Assembly (NCBI GenBank): GCA_946965045.2
Contig: OX337228.1
Coordinates: forward strand, 1,116,001 to 1,180,000
Direction of reading: 5' to 3'
Source of the DNA: Epithemia pelagica
Lineage: Eukaryota; Protista; Bacillariophyta
Length of the DNA: 64,000 nucleotides
A program made the translations under genes and the position numbers. Under the pieces are notes generated by a model that saw only the letters and a program-made list of their open reading frames with translations, was not told the origin of the DNA and searched no databases. This document shows, one piece after another, positions 44,546-56,008 of the stretch; positions within the stretch are counted from its first letter, which is position 1; the number at the start of each line of letters is the position of its first letter.

Positions 44546-46225
44546 ATGGCGGAACGAATGGATCTTGGGAACGAGTCGATCCCCACGTCATCTCTTTTGC
44601 CGGAGAAGAATGGACTTCCCAACACCCAATTGCAGAAGACCCTGAGCGAGAAAAGCGTGAAATATCAGGAAAAGTTGTACTGGCTCAGACTTGAATTGGA
44701 TACAACGCGAAAAGAAAAGCAAGCGGTGGAATCTCGAATGACTAACCTATTTCGTGATATGCAAGCGCTGAAGGAAAACGGAGCAAGTACCAAGTCTTCC
44801 GAGAATGGAAACCAAAGTGAAATCGATGCTTTGGTGCAAAAGCATGAACGCCTGGTTCGAACTCTCCAGTCACAAATTGAACTCTTGAGAGCATCTAGCG
44901 ACCAAGTCGTCCAGAGTCTCAAAGATGAAATTCGTGATCTTGTGGATGACAAGTCACGTTCTGAAATGGATCTCATGAATAAGATGGCGGATTTGGAAAA
45001 GGAGAAAGATGAAATGGTAAATCGGGCTGGTGGGAAGGATGAATCCTTGAAACCGGGAGACAATGCCGAGCTCAAGTTGGAGATTCAACAATTACGTCAA
45101 GAGAAGGCAGCACTGGCTGAAGAACTACGCCAAGAACGGACCACTTCGCGAGAGACCATCTCTGCTCTGAGGCACGACAAGACAAGTTTGACGGAGCAAG
45201 TGGAGAAGATGCAAGGAGATTTGTTGGTTTTGCGTGCTTCTGTCGACACTGTCAATTCCATTGACCAGATGAAGCAAGATCGGGATGAATCCATGAAAGC
45301 GCTTGAACGAGTTGCCCAGCTATGGGAAAGGAGCGACAAAACACTCAACAATCTCGAATCGCTGGTGGAACAGCTTCAAGACGATGAGGAGGAAGAAGAT
45401 GAAGAGACTGACAAGTCGCGAATGCTGGACACCTTGGAGAGTGCATCCCTGTTTCATGGGCAGGTCAAAGTGGCTCTCATGCTGATTGAATTGAAACTTC
45501 GAAACACTCTCGCTTGTTTGAAGAATGATGCTTCCCAGTTGGCTGTGGCAGTGACGGATCCTAGTATTGCGGAACAAATAAAAAATGCCCAATCGGAGGC
45601 TTTGGCTGATATTCGAAAGGTTCAAGATCAAGTTCAAACCCAAATGGAAAAACTCGAAACCAGGTCTGCCCAGGAGTCGACTGAAGTAAGAAATACGCTG
45701 GAAGGCAAAATGAAGGAAATGAAAGAGCTGCAAGAACGCCAGGTACAATTGGAAGAGGACATTCACAAGATGTCGGTTGAGGAGTTGAGTGCCATGGCAC
45801 GGGAGCATTCTTCATCCGAGAACCAGCAAGTCGAACTCTTTGTTAGTCGCACAATCTTGGAACGGTTGCAAAACGAAGTTGTTCTTGTAGTGAAGCGAGT
45901 ACAAGAAAAGAACGAGGCGATTGGAAAGTTGGAAACCACGATTGACGAACTCAAAGTTCGTGAACGTACCTTGATTGATGAGTTGAAACGACTGATGAAT
46001 GCGCAGTCGACTCAAACCCTACAAGATCGAGAGAAATTGCCCCTGATGAAACTGCTGCAAGAAATGGGGTCCGATACCGAAGATTTGTTTGTGGAGGAAG
46101 AAATATTGGAAGAAGAAATCATTGAAGAGGAGATTATCGAGGATTCGAGATCGTCAGCGCCTTTGACATCGGTTTCCCGTGTCCCCATGATTGAAGAGGA
46201 AGAGGAAGAAATTGTGGAAGATTGA
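44546..46225 (+). CDS. Coiled-coil protein of unknown function (559 aa)
   Basis: Long ATG-initiated ORF, E/K/L/Q-rich heptad character, acidic tail. Confidence 0.85.
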   Translation: MAERMDLGNESIPTSSLLPEKNGLPNTQLQKTLSEKSVKYQEKLYWLRLELDTTRKEKQAVESRMTNLFRDMQALKENGASTKSSENGNQSEIDALVQKHERLVRTLQSQIELLRASSDQVVQSLKDEIRDLVDDKSRSEMDLMNKMADLEKEKDEMVNRAGGKDESLKPGDNAELKLEIQQLRQEKAALAEELRQERTTSRETISALRHDKTSLTEQVEKMQGDLLVLRASVDTVNSIDQMKQDRDESMKALERVAQLWERSDKTLNNLESLVEQLQDDEEEEDEETDKSRMLDTLESASLFHGQVKVALMLIELKLRNTLACLKNDASQLAVAVTDPSIAEQIKNAQSEALADIRKVQDQVQTQMEKLETRSAQESTEVRNTLEGKMKEMKELQERQVQLEEDIHKMSVEELSAMAREHSSSENQQVELFVSRTILERLQNEVVLVVKRVQEKNEAIGKLETTIDELKVRERTLIDELKRLMNAQSTQTLQDREKLPLMKLLQEMGSDTEDLFVEEEILEEEIIEEEIIEDSRSSAPLTSVSRVPMIEEEEEEIVED

Positions 46226-46532
46226 GGTTGTGTCATAAACCAGGCTTTTTCACGGGGATATAGAATCTTGAGAGATGGGAAATTTACTCTGGATATTAGT
46301 AAGAAGAATCCATCAGCTCCTATAATGGCCCATTTCTGATCTATAACGAAAGGAGATTAAAATAATACTATGGAAGAATACATCGTTATGCTTAAGTTGA
46401 GGCAGATGTACACATGGCTTGCTTCGACAGCATAGATCAGTCTTATAAATGAACCGGTGGATCGGGGAGCCATTTGCCAAAAAAGACGGAACAGACGGGT
46501 GGGTCAAAGACGTTGTGCCCCCAACAACCTGC

Positions 46533-48221
46533 TCACTGTTTCGTTGTTTGTTTTCTAGATTTGCTCGAGGAATACCGCCATGCCTGGTAAAATTCCCGTC
46601 CAGTGCCAGGCTCAATTAGTATATCCTTATCCCGACCAGCAGCTTTCAGTATATCGCGTCTCCAGTAGCGCAGAAACAAACGTTCCCACCCCTTCTCAAA
46701 ATCGGCATTGACAAAGGCATCGCTACGAACATAATCGCGCATTGCACGCAGCATGTCAAGTTTGCTCATACTTCTCATGGCCCGAAGGTTCATTTCTAGC
46801 ACTGGCAAGTTTTCAAACAGTCCATAGGTCCCACCTAGTCGTGTAGATACAATGGGGATAACGCCGAGCAACAATAATTCGTAGGTTCGGTAGCACTCCC
46901 ATCCTGCACCATCGGGGCTAATCCCAAAAAGATATTGTGAGGCCGCTTGATAAAGCTGATGGTTGGGTACTTTGGCTGTGGAATTGCACGATACTCCGAC
47001 TCGTTTCCTCGTTTCATTCTGACCGATATCACTGCACAGGTGGTTAAAGATGGGTTGTCGATGAGCCTTGGAAGCTGGATTGATTCCAAACTTGATAAAC
47101 ATGGTATCGTAAAAGGCATCTTCAATCGCAGCCAAATCGGCGGATGGGTCCTCTAATAGGTCCCAGACGGCTGCATTGGTCCATCTCTTTATCTCGTCTC
47201 CGGAAAAGGGGTTGGTAAAGTTGCGCAATTCTAAATATCGGGTCAAATACCGACTTTGGTCGTGCCATTTTGAAAGTCCCAGAGGAAATCCCACCAATTT
47301 GGCAAGAGCTGTATCGTAGTTTTCGTCTTTTCTTATTAGGGGAAGGAAGACCGATTGTGCGTACAGTTTCATAAGTCTCCTGTCCTTCTTGAGAGGCTCT
47401 GGTAGTACTGGGGAATTGAGGTCCGTTTCGGACGTGATAAGAACAAACTTGGTTCTGATATCGGGAGCAATTTCGTTGAAAAATTTTGTGACGTTTGAGG
47501 CATAGTTGTCAATATGGATTATTGTGCCTCGTTGTATGCAAGGCAAAATGTTCATGTTGAAGCTTAGGTCATCCTCGTCTGTCTTCAGATGTGTGGCAAA
47601 GAAGGACAATCCCTTTCTAGTCGAGAATCGTTCAATGACAAGATCTGCGACATCCAATCCATCGACCGTGTTGATTATGTGATGATCGTCTTGATCTAAG
47701 GAAATGGCAACTGTTTCGGCACAACAACGAGTTTTTGTCTTGATGTTCTCCTTACATTTCTTTTGTGGGACAAACCATGGATCAGCACGTTCATAGACGG
47801 TCGCTTCTTCATAGGCGGTTTTGTACATTTTCTTTACGTGCTTGAGCTTTTGTGGGACAAACTCTTGGTTGGGGTACTCATGATATCGCTTGATAGTCAT
47901 CACTGCGTTTGGATAGGAAGTTGCTGTGTTTTGGCCGATGTCGACTCCAACAGATTCCATAACTCTCTCTTCTGCGTGAACAACATCTGATGTTGCGCCA
48001 TTCTTTACGCTCTCCTCCTCCGCCACTAGAGACGCCGATGATGGTTGGTCATATCGAAAGCATGGTGCGGTAGCAGCCCCCTTATAAAAGTTCCGTGCTA
48101 GGAGCTCGTCCACAACCGCTAGCTGATAGAAAATATATACCAATGCCGCGGCAGAGAGTCCCAAGACCAGGCAGATTCTTCTCATGTACGCCTGCTTTGT
48201 CATCTGGTTCTGCTTTGTCAT
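46533..48221 (-). CDS. Type II membrane glycosyltransferase, exostosin/GT47-like
   Basis: N-terminal TM RRICLVLGLSAAALVYIFYQL. The C-terminal YLFGISPDGAGWECYRTYELLLLGVIPIV...FENLPVL resembles the GT47 motif F..SP.G.G..C.R..EAL..G.IPV. Confidence 0.7.
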   Translation of the reverse strand: MTKQNQMTKQAYMRRICLVLGLSAAALVYIFYQLAVVDELLARNFYKGAATAPCFRYDQPSSASLVAEEESVKNGATSDVVHAEERVMESVGVDIGQNTATSYPNAVMTIKRYHEYPNQEFVPQKLKHVKKMYKTAYEEATVYERADPWFVPQKKCKENIKTKTRCCAETVAISLDQDDHHIINTVDGLDVADLVIERFSTRKGLSFFATHLKTDEDDLSFNMNILPCIQRGTIIHIDNYASNVTKFFNEIAPDIRTKFVLITSETDLNSPVLPEPLKKDRRLMKLYAQSVFLPLIRKDENYDTALAKLVGFPLGLSKWHDQSRYLTRYLELRNFTNPFSGDEIKRWTNAAVWDLLEDPSADLAAIEDAFYDTMFIKFGINPASKAHRQPIFNHLCSDIGQNETRKRVGVSCNSTAKVPNHQLYQAASQYLFGISPDGAGWECYRTYELLLLGVIPIVSTRLGGTYGLFENLPVLEMNLRAMRSMSKLDMLRAMRDYVRSDAFVNADFEKGWERLFLRYWRRDILKAAGRDKDILIEPGTGREFYQAWRYSSSKSRKQTTKQ

Positions 48222-48955
48222 TTGGTTCTCAGATGGCTTACGACGGAGTAAGGAGCAAAGGCAGGAACATCAAGGGACTTTCCCTTCTACGCGCCATTCT
48301 TGTCGCCATTTCTAATCTCTGATCTGCCAAGATCCAAATATGAATGACAAGAATAGAAGATGAATTGCGATTCGTGACTAAAACTCATTCAATCATTTTA
48401 ACCTTAACCTTGATAATGATCATTTTTCATTGGGTGGATTCGGATTTGGGGGGGTCACAAGCAATGGTCAAAAGTCAAAAATTTTTTAATGTCGAACATC
48501 CAATCGCTCGGAAAGCGAACAACATATATATATTGTTAGCACTTATGTAAGTAAGAATGCGAGGAATTACGCGGTGATCGATGGGCTTAAGTACGGAAAG
48601 ATGCATAACAAATAATAATAGGGGATCAGATAAAGCCAAAACCAAAATTACAGGATGGATGAGTGATGAGTGGGTCTTTTTGAGTTGTTGGTGCAGGTTA
48701 CTTTAGTGTATCAACTATCAACCTTTGTTCTTGCTTCGACGTTCGCGTTGGTTCTATCCTTCACCAGAAGATCGAGCTGGTTGAAACTATCTTGGTGACA
48801 ACGTCAGGACCGTAAGGGGGAAGAAGCCTTTCTCCGTAATTTCGTTGTAAGAGAGGCTGTTTGGGTGAATCCTCGGGAACGGAGATTCTTGGGACTTTCG
48901 GAGGTTGACCCTTTGGTACTGGAGTTCTGAACGGGTCCATTTATCGAGAATCAGA

Positions 48956-50489
48956 ATGAGATTAAGCCGCAATGTTCGCCGATTCTCACAGCCATTGAGC
49001 ATTGTCAGTAAGTCCATACAATGGCAATGGTGCCGTTTCACCTGTGACTCTTTTGAGACACTTCCCACTCGTAGCCAGCCCCTGCAATCTAATCAACGCT
49101 CCCAATTGTGTTTCTTGCTTCACTGCAGCTTGTACGGATAAGTTGATTTCCAACGATCCTTCCTTTGTGGAATTGTCGTTGGAACGATTGGGTGACAATT
49201 TCGATCTGGATCGCTTTGTCTTTGCCATTCGTGCCAATGAAACTGTCCGTCATGTGTGTTTCTCAGGTACCTTTGTTCGAGAGTTGCAAGAACAACAGTG
49301 GCATCTCATGCTGGAATCCATCGGTCATTTGCGTACTTTGGAAGAATTGCAAATATGGTGTTCCACGATTCCAACGGCTGTCTTTGCCTCCATGATTCGT
49401 CATGCGCGTGCCTTACAAAAGGTCTACTTTTTTCGAGTCGGTCTGGATGGTTCGCAACAAGACATGGACATGCTGGCCGACGCAATTGAAACTCATGAGA
49501 GTCTGAGAGACATTCGAATTGGTGGTTTTCATCTTACCAATAACCCCAACAACCATAATGCACACCCGGACAACAACATTCGTCTTGATCGAGTGGTAGA
49601 AGCGTTGGCAGTCGCAAAGGGCCTTGAAGTTGTAAGTCTGCAACTGTCGAGTGCCCAGCAAACAGTCCCGTTTGGAACCGCTGCGATTGAAAAGTTGATG
49701 CAATCGAAATCCATTACGGATTTGTACCTTTCCAGGTTGGGTTTGGGACAAGATCATCTGACCGTCATTTCACAAGGCCTACCCAGCAACAAGACTCTGC
49801 GCGTCTTGGATATATTTGGTAACAATATTGAAAATGAGCATGTCATTGCAATGGCCAATGCACTAAAGGAAAACACTTCTGTGGAAATCTTGGTGTTACC
49901 GTGCCCTACCAATGATTTGTCTGTCGAAAGCTGTGCGGCAATTTCGGATGCTCTCAAACACAATAGTACCTTGTCGACGTTAAATTTGCCTCGAAGTAAT
50001 CTGAACGACGAAGGTATTTTCCATCTCGCTGAAGGATTGACAGTGAACAAGACATTGAAGAAGGTAGAAGTCGGTGTGAGTAAGACAGTGGGTGATACTG
50101 GAGTACAAGCCTTGATGGACATGTTGGAGACCAACTACGAATTGGAACGGTTGGTTGTTTCCAGTGCAGACCAGTCGATTAAGGAAAAGACGGAATATTA
50201 CATGCGATTAAATGAAGTGGGGCGTGGAAAACTGTTGAGCGATGGGAAGGCAACCCGTGAACAGTGGGTGGAAATGCTTATTTCAGTCGTGAATGATTTG
50301 GACTGTTTGTTCTATTTCATCACGTCCAATCCAACTTTGTGCAATCAATTTGTCAATCCGACTGGGGCCGATGTCATTATCACCCAAGAGATCAAAATTA
50401 CCCGTCGTCATACCCTAAGCGGCTTTGGAAGTTCAAAACGAAGGGATGGCGATGAAATGGAAAGACCTCGTCGAGCTTCTGCGTTTTGA
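48956..50489 (+). CDS. RNI-like leucine-rich-repeat protein; exons 48956-49007 and 49129-50489
   Basis: Intron GTAAGT...CTAAT...CTGCAG (49008-49128) joins MRLSRNVRRFSQPLSIV to TCTDKLISNDPSFVELSL. LRRs include LRVLDIFGNNIENE and LSTLNLPRSNLNDEG. Confidence 0.85.
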
Positions 50490-51020
50490 AACAATCCAAA
50501 CCGAGAATGGAGGGTTGGGGACACCGTCACTGTGTACTACTGTGTCTCTCTTTCTCGTTGGGTATCCATCCATGACACATCATTCTAGATTTAAACCACG
50601 CCTTACGTAATGCCATTGATCTATTCTAGGGACAGCTGTGATATGGGAGGCTCATTAGTGACATTGGGATATCTTCTGGTCGAGTGCTGAGTCCTTCCAA
50701 AAGAGAACGGACAAAGGTCACCGCTCTTCCTCTTGTCGGCTCTCGATAGGCGGCACATTGAGGATCTGGATGTACGAAAACGAAGGAACTTTCCAATCGA
50801 TCGCGATGGACTTGACAAATAATGGCGTTCATGCTTAACGTCCATTCAGTTTTCTATAGAGCGTGTATTCAGTAGCTTCTCTTCACAAACAAAAAATGAA
50901 CGATTCTTACTTATTCGAATATTTAATGTATTCTCATTGTCTCTGAGCTATCGAATTTAGTTTTCAGACTTGCCGTCGTCATCCGCACACACACAACATA
51001 TCCGTACCCCGATCTACTCC

Positions 51021-51815
51021 TTACGAACGATTACTGCGGAAGGGGTTTTTCCTCTTGGGACTGGCATCAGGGGGGCTGTCGTTCTCGGGGATCGTAAAGA
51101 CCTCCGGGGCAGCGCTGTACGTCTTTTCCTTGTACGACATGAGCTTTTCCTTGACGAACTGGTTGCCAACTTCGTAGGCGTTGAGCAAATGAGCCTTGTA
51201 GGAGAGGGCCACAGCATCGACCAACATTTCAACGTCCATTTCTGGTTCGTGGCTGCGTTCCCCTTCAAAGTATTCTTGGAGGACCTTGTCGCACAACTTT
51301 CGGCCTTGGGGGAAATCATAGTGATCATAGTACTCGCCAACAATCAAGACATCCTTGGCCATCATGTCACGAGATTCGACCGGATCCAAATATTTCATCA
51401 TGAGATCCCAAGTTTCTTCATCGATATCAGGGAAGGAAATTTCGTACGGTTTGCTGGCATTCTCATTCATGAAGCTTTCAATCATGGTATCCACGTAGAC
51501 ACTGTGCTCGGCCATGGTGGCTGACTGGTACCAACGAGTGACAGGTTCTTCTCCATCTTCACCTCCAATCACAATTTTCAGATCGCATTGGGTGGACTTC
51601 ATGGTGCGAGACACCATCAAGGCTGCCGAGCGCATTCCAAATTTCTTCTTTTTGACTGGAGTTACTTCTTGAGGGGCGGCGACAGTTTCCGTGACGGCTT
51701 CGGTGGTGGCTGTGCCGGTTTCCAAGGTAGGCTTCATATCGTCGACCTTGAGAGGAGCCGCTTCGGGCACAGGTTCACCATCGACCAAGTACTTGGGAGT
51801 TTCACTCATACTCAT
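51021..51815 (-). CDS. BTB/POZ-domain protein
   Basis: CDLKIVIG...ATMAEHSVYVDTMI...EISFPDIDEETWDLMMKYL. The 3' end may be spliced. Confidence 0.75.
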   Translation of the reverse strand: MSMSETPKYLVDGEPVPEAAPLKVDDMKPTLETGTATTEAVTETVAAPQEVTPVKKKKFGMRSAALMVSRTMKSTQCDLKIVIGGEDGEEPVTRWYQSATMAEHSVYVDTMIESFMNENASKPYEISFPDIDEETWDLMMKYLDPVESRDMMAKDVLIVGEYYDHYDFPQGRKLCDKVLQEYFEGERSHEPEMDVEMLVDAVALSYKAHLLNAYEVGNQFVKEKLMSYKEKTYSAAPEVFTIPENDSPPDASPKRKNPFRSNRS

Positions 51816-52577
51816 CTGTTTCTCTTATAATGATTTGATATGACTTGACTTTGAAGGATACGTCGGGATAATGACCAATCTATGACAAAGAATGGAAAGT
51901 CTTCAGTGGTATCCTCGCTCTCTGCTTCCAACAGTGCTCCACTGTTGATTCCTTCGTTAGGGACAGATGTGTCCGTTTCTCTCTCAAGATGTCCCCCAGA
52001 ACCTGGGTCATAGTCATTTAGAGAAAAGGACCAAACCAAACGATTGTCCCCATAATTACTATCTATCGCTTGAGCAAAATATATTATGTAATATGTTTAT
52101 TTAATCCGATGTTTCATCACGCAGGGGTGTATACCCATGGAATTTTAAGCGTTAAAACTGACTCAGACTTAACGTCTTCTACGAACGCATCCATTTGAAA
52201 TAACAGGTTCCGATTTGGGGGATCCGTCTCGCTCCCCCCTCCACGCGTACGTTGTACAACGTGGGACTGACGCATGTGACGCCATACACGGGACTCATGG
52301 TGCACGACCAATCACTGATCCTAGCTGTGACCCCAGCAGCAAGCCATGGATGTCACAATCGTGGCTTCTTTGTGCTCTCTATCCATCACCCATCAACCAA
52401 GAGACAGAAGATCGTCGTTGAAAGATTGTTTGAACAACTTCGTCTTGGTCGACTCTATCGTCCCACAAAGATCCTGGAGAGAAGAAGACTTTTGGTGTTG
52501 GTTGCTGCGGTTGACCTGTTTTCGGCAATACTTGGACACTGTGATCGGAGGATTTCATATCCAGCCGCAGAATCAAG

Positions 52578-55500
52578 ATGGAACGGCATTTTTTGTTTGC
52601 ATGTCTAGCGTCGTTGATGTCAGTGGTTACTGTTTCTTCCTTTGAATCTCGCACAACAACATCAGCGACAAGTAGCCGTGCTTTCTTTTTCCCAATGACT
52701 TCTCAACAAAGACTATTCACACCATCACCTTCGGTGCTTCCACACATGCCCACAAGATCCGCATTGCGACCAAAGAACGATCCATATTTGATTGGTCGTG
52801 GAGGATGGGCACTTTTGGCATCCAAGAAGTCCCAACGACCATCGTCATCGTCCAAGAAGTCGCCATTTCCTTCTCATGGCCACAAACGACCGTCCTCATG
52901 GGTGACAAACACTTTTGCGGCCTTGCAGAATCATTCACACAGCCCCTTGTTGGACACCTTCCCTTCAAGGAGAAAACGAATGGGACGAGGGCATGATGAA
53001 CGGACATCAAACGCGAGACATGTGGCCTCCATGCCACCCTTACCAAAACTGGTCAAAGTTCTGCTCTCCAAGGAACCGCACGAAGACGACGATGCATCCA
53101 TGTATCCAACTCTGGATATGAGTAATTACACACCGGCCGATTTGATTCATCATTGTCACATGATTTTAAAAGAAAGCACATACAACAATCAATGGGACGA
53201 AGTACTTGCCACGTTAAATTACATGACGGACAACAAGATTGTCCAAAGGGCCACCTTTCGCACCTGTCTACTCAAGGCCACTTCATCTCAACCAAACCCA
53301 ACAGAGAAACAACAACGACTTCATTTGTTGTCATCTTCGTCACTAACAGCACAAAGAGCCAGCCGTGCTCAAGGACGTAACAAAGCTGGAGAATCTTCAC
53401 CATCCAGCCCATCAACCACCAGCATGGATGCCGCTCTCCAGATTTTACAACTGCAGTTGTTGGCGGGGTGGCCTCCCGATTCCATGGATATATCATTGAT
53501 TGTATTTGCAATGTGTCGGCGTTCGTCGGAACCATTGCTTAGCAACCTCCCATCACGCGGAGGTATGACGACGGCGACACGTGCTCCCAAACTCCCCGTT
53601 CCACCCAATTCACGCGGTGGTATGGCGGCTCCCCGATCTTGTGAAAAGGCCTGGAATTTTCTTCAACATTACCAAAGCACCACTCCCAATCTAGATATTC
53701 AAGTGTACGATGCTATTCTGACATGCATGGTGGAACAACGGCAGTGGCGAATGTCTATTCAAATACTAAACTACTTGCAGCAGCAACAACAACTCCAAGA
53801 AACAGCATCATTGGAACCCAGCAACAGTAACAACACCAGCCCATCAAACGTTGTGTCGTCTCCCTTCCCAGCCATTTCAACGTATCGCCTCGTCATGGAG
53901 TGCTGCGTCAAGGCCCAGCAATCCGATGCCGCTGTGCAGGTGCTTTTGTCGGCGGTGAACCAATACAATGTCACGCCATCGCTGTATTCGTTTGAGCTGG
54001 TGGTAGGATTGCTTTGCGACAAGGGTCGATGGCGACAAGCCTTACAGTTATTCAACCTGATGGATGAATTGTCAATCCGCAAGACTGTTCAAATTGGAAA
54101 CTCGGTCCTGATTGCCATGAGTCGTGCCGGTGAAGTGGCGCAAGCTCGACATTTGCTCCACCGAATGAGCAAAAAGGGCAGTCGTATGCAACCCAATGTC
54201 ATTTCGTACAATTGCATCATTTCAGCGTGTGCCAATACACCTGGACGATGGAAAGAAGCTCTCAAAGTATTCGATTTGTGTGTGCGGGCACCGGGTGTAC
54301 GACCCGATATTTACACCTACACGTCGGCTCTTCGGGCCTGCGCCAAGGGACACGAACTGCGCAAGGCACTGGCGTTGTGGCAAGTCTTGCAAGATCGCAA
54401 GCTTCGTCGTGATGCTCATGTGTATACAGCCATGATGGAAGTTTGTGCGTCAACCAAGCATTGGGAAAAGGCCTTGCATCTGCTGCAAGAAATGCAAAAA
54501 GACAACATAAAACCCACCGAAGTGACGTTCAGTGCCGCAATTTCTGCCTGTGGAAACGCTCGTCAGTGGGAAGCGGCCTTGGAACTCTTGCGAGAAATGA
54601 AAAGGCATCCGATCAATATTACTCCTAGCAAAATGACATACAACAATGTCTTGACGGCTCTGGCTAGGGCCAGTAAGACTTCAAATACCACCCTGTACTC
54701 CGCTAACCAGCCACACGAAGCTGATTTCATATGGACTCAAGCTAAAGAGTTGCTCTTGGAGATGGATTCTGCTGGTATTAACAAGGACGGTTTTACGTAT
54801 TCTGCGGCGCTAACGTGTTGTCAAGGTCAATGGAAAGAAGCTCTCAAGTTGATTGAAGACATGCGAGAAACACAAGCAAAGTCGACCGACAAGAGATTCA
54901 GCATTCAACCAAACAAAATGGCATACACAGCTGCAATATCCAGTTGTGGAAAAGCGGGGCAAGCCAAAGTTGCTCTTGAGCTGTTTCGGAATATCACGAC
55001 ACCCAATTCCAAGAAAGGGAAAGATGGAAATTTTGAACGAATAATTCCAGATCGCGTCATGTACAACGCATTGTTTTCAGCGCTACGAAGTGCAGGGGCG
55101 ACGGACGACTGCTTAGGGACACAGGCTTCTACGATTTGGAAGATATGGCAGCAAATGGTGCAGCAAGGTCGGCGTCGTGGTCCCCAGCCAAGTTCTTACA
55201 TTCAGCAGGGGAAAAGCCACGACAACGGACTTTCGTTTACGGCAGCTATCAATGTTGTGACTCCCGATATGATTACTATCACGAACGCTCTTGGTGCCCT
55301 TAACAATTTAAGAGAACCTAAGGATGGCAAGAATTGCCTGGAAAAGGACATTGATGTCGACGAAGTTGTGGACCAAATCTACTCTGATTCTTTGGAATTA
55401 ATGAGAACCGGCACAGGGCTTCCAACCCTTGTAGTTTCAGACCAAGATATTCAACATGCTTCGCCTTCCTGGGAATTCGACATGTCTGGTCTTTCCTTGC

Positions 55501-55856
55501 CAGTGTCCCGAGCTGCATGTCGACATCTGTTTCTGAAAAGCATTCTTGAAGCATCCATGCCCAATCAACAGCCAGATCGTAAGAAAATGAAGAAGTTACA
55601 AAACTCCTTTATTTTCCGTAACCTGATTTTGAGAACGGGCGTGGGATCCAATAAACAACACGAATTGTCACAGGACACTGCTGGCGAACGAAACCACCGG
55701 ATGCACCCTTCAACGTCCCTTCGAGAATATGTCCAAACGATCCTAAGCACCGAATTCGATCCGCCTATTGAATCTCATATCCCGACGTATGCCCCGGCAA
55801 CAATCCACATTAGCAGTGACATGATCCAATATTGGGTCCAGCGCCAAAAGATATGA
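52578..55856 (+). CDS. Pentatricopeptide-repeat protein with C-terminal SMR-like domain, probably plastid-targeted
   Basis: Multiple P-type PPRs (PNVISYNCIISACA, PDIYTYTSALRACA, PTEVTFSAAISACG). FDMSGLSLPVSRAA...LILRTGVG is SMR-like. The signal peptide ends VSS-F, an ASAFAP-like motif. Confidence 0.9.
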   Translation: MERHFLFACLASLMSVVTVSSFESRTTTSATSSRAFFFPMTSQQRLFTPSPSVLPHMPTRSALRPKNDPYLIGRGGWALLASKKSQRPSSSSKKSPFPSHGHKRPSSWVTNTFAALQNHSHSPLLDTFPSRRKRMGRGHDERTSNARHVASMPPLPKLVKVLLSKEPHEDDDASMYPTLDMSNYTPADLIHHCHMILKESTYNNQWDEVLATLNYMTDNKIVQRATFRTCLLKATSSQPNPTEKQQRLHLLSSSSLTAQRASRAQGRNKAGESSPSSPSTTSMDAALQILQLQLLAGWPPDSMDISLIVFAMCRRSSEPLLSNLPSRGGMTTATRAPKLPVPPNSRGGMAAPRSCEKAWNFLQHYQSTTPNLDIQVYDAILTCMVEQRQWRMSIQILNYLQQQQQLQETASLEPSNSNNTSPSNVVSSPFPAISTYRLVMECCVKAQQSDAAVQVLLSAVNQYNVTPSLYSFELVVGLLCDKGRWRQALQLFNLMDELSIRKTVQIGNSVLIAMSRAGEVAQARHLLHRMSKKGSRMQPNVISYNCIISACANTPGRWKEALKVFDLCVRAPGVRPDIYTYTSALRACAKGHELRKALALWQVLQDRKLRRDAHVYTAMMEVCASTKHWEKALHLLQEMQKDNIKPTEVTFSAAISACGNARQWEAALELLREMKRHPINITPSKMTYNNVLTALARASKTSNTTLYSANQPHEADFIWTQAKELLLEMDSAGINKDGFTYSAALTCCQGQWKEALKLIEDMRETQAKSTDKRFSIQPNKMAYTAAISSCGKAGQAKVALELFRNITTPNSKKGKDGNFERIIPDRVMYNALFSALRSAGATDDCLGTQASTIWKIWQQMVQQGRRRGPQPSSYIQQGKSHDNGLSFTAAINVVTPDMITITNALGALNNLREPKDGKNCLEKDIDVDEVVDQIYSDSLELMRTGTGLPTLVVSDQDIQHASPSWEFDMSGLSLPVSRAACRHLFLKSILEASMPNQQPDRKKMKKLQNSFIFRNLILRTGVGSNKQHELSQDTAGERNHRMHPSTSLREYVQTILSTEFDPPIESHIPTYAPATIHISSDMIQYWVQRQKI

Positions 55857-56008
55857 GAAACGAGAAGCTTGTAGGTTCCTGAGTTGGACCCTTCGTCTGA
55901 ATTCTCATGTTGCTCTTATTTTGCTGTGCACGACGGCGCGGACAACAAATAATGAATGGAGTCACAGGTTAACGATATTCACATCAAACTACTAGACCAT
56001 TCAGTCTG

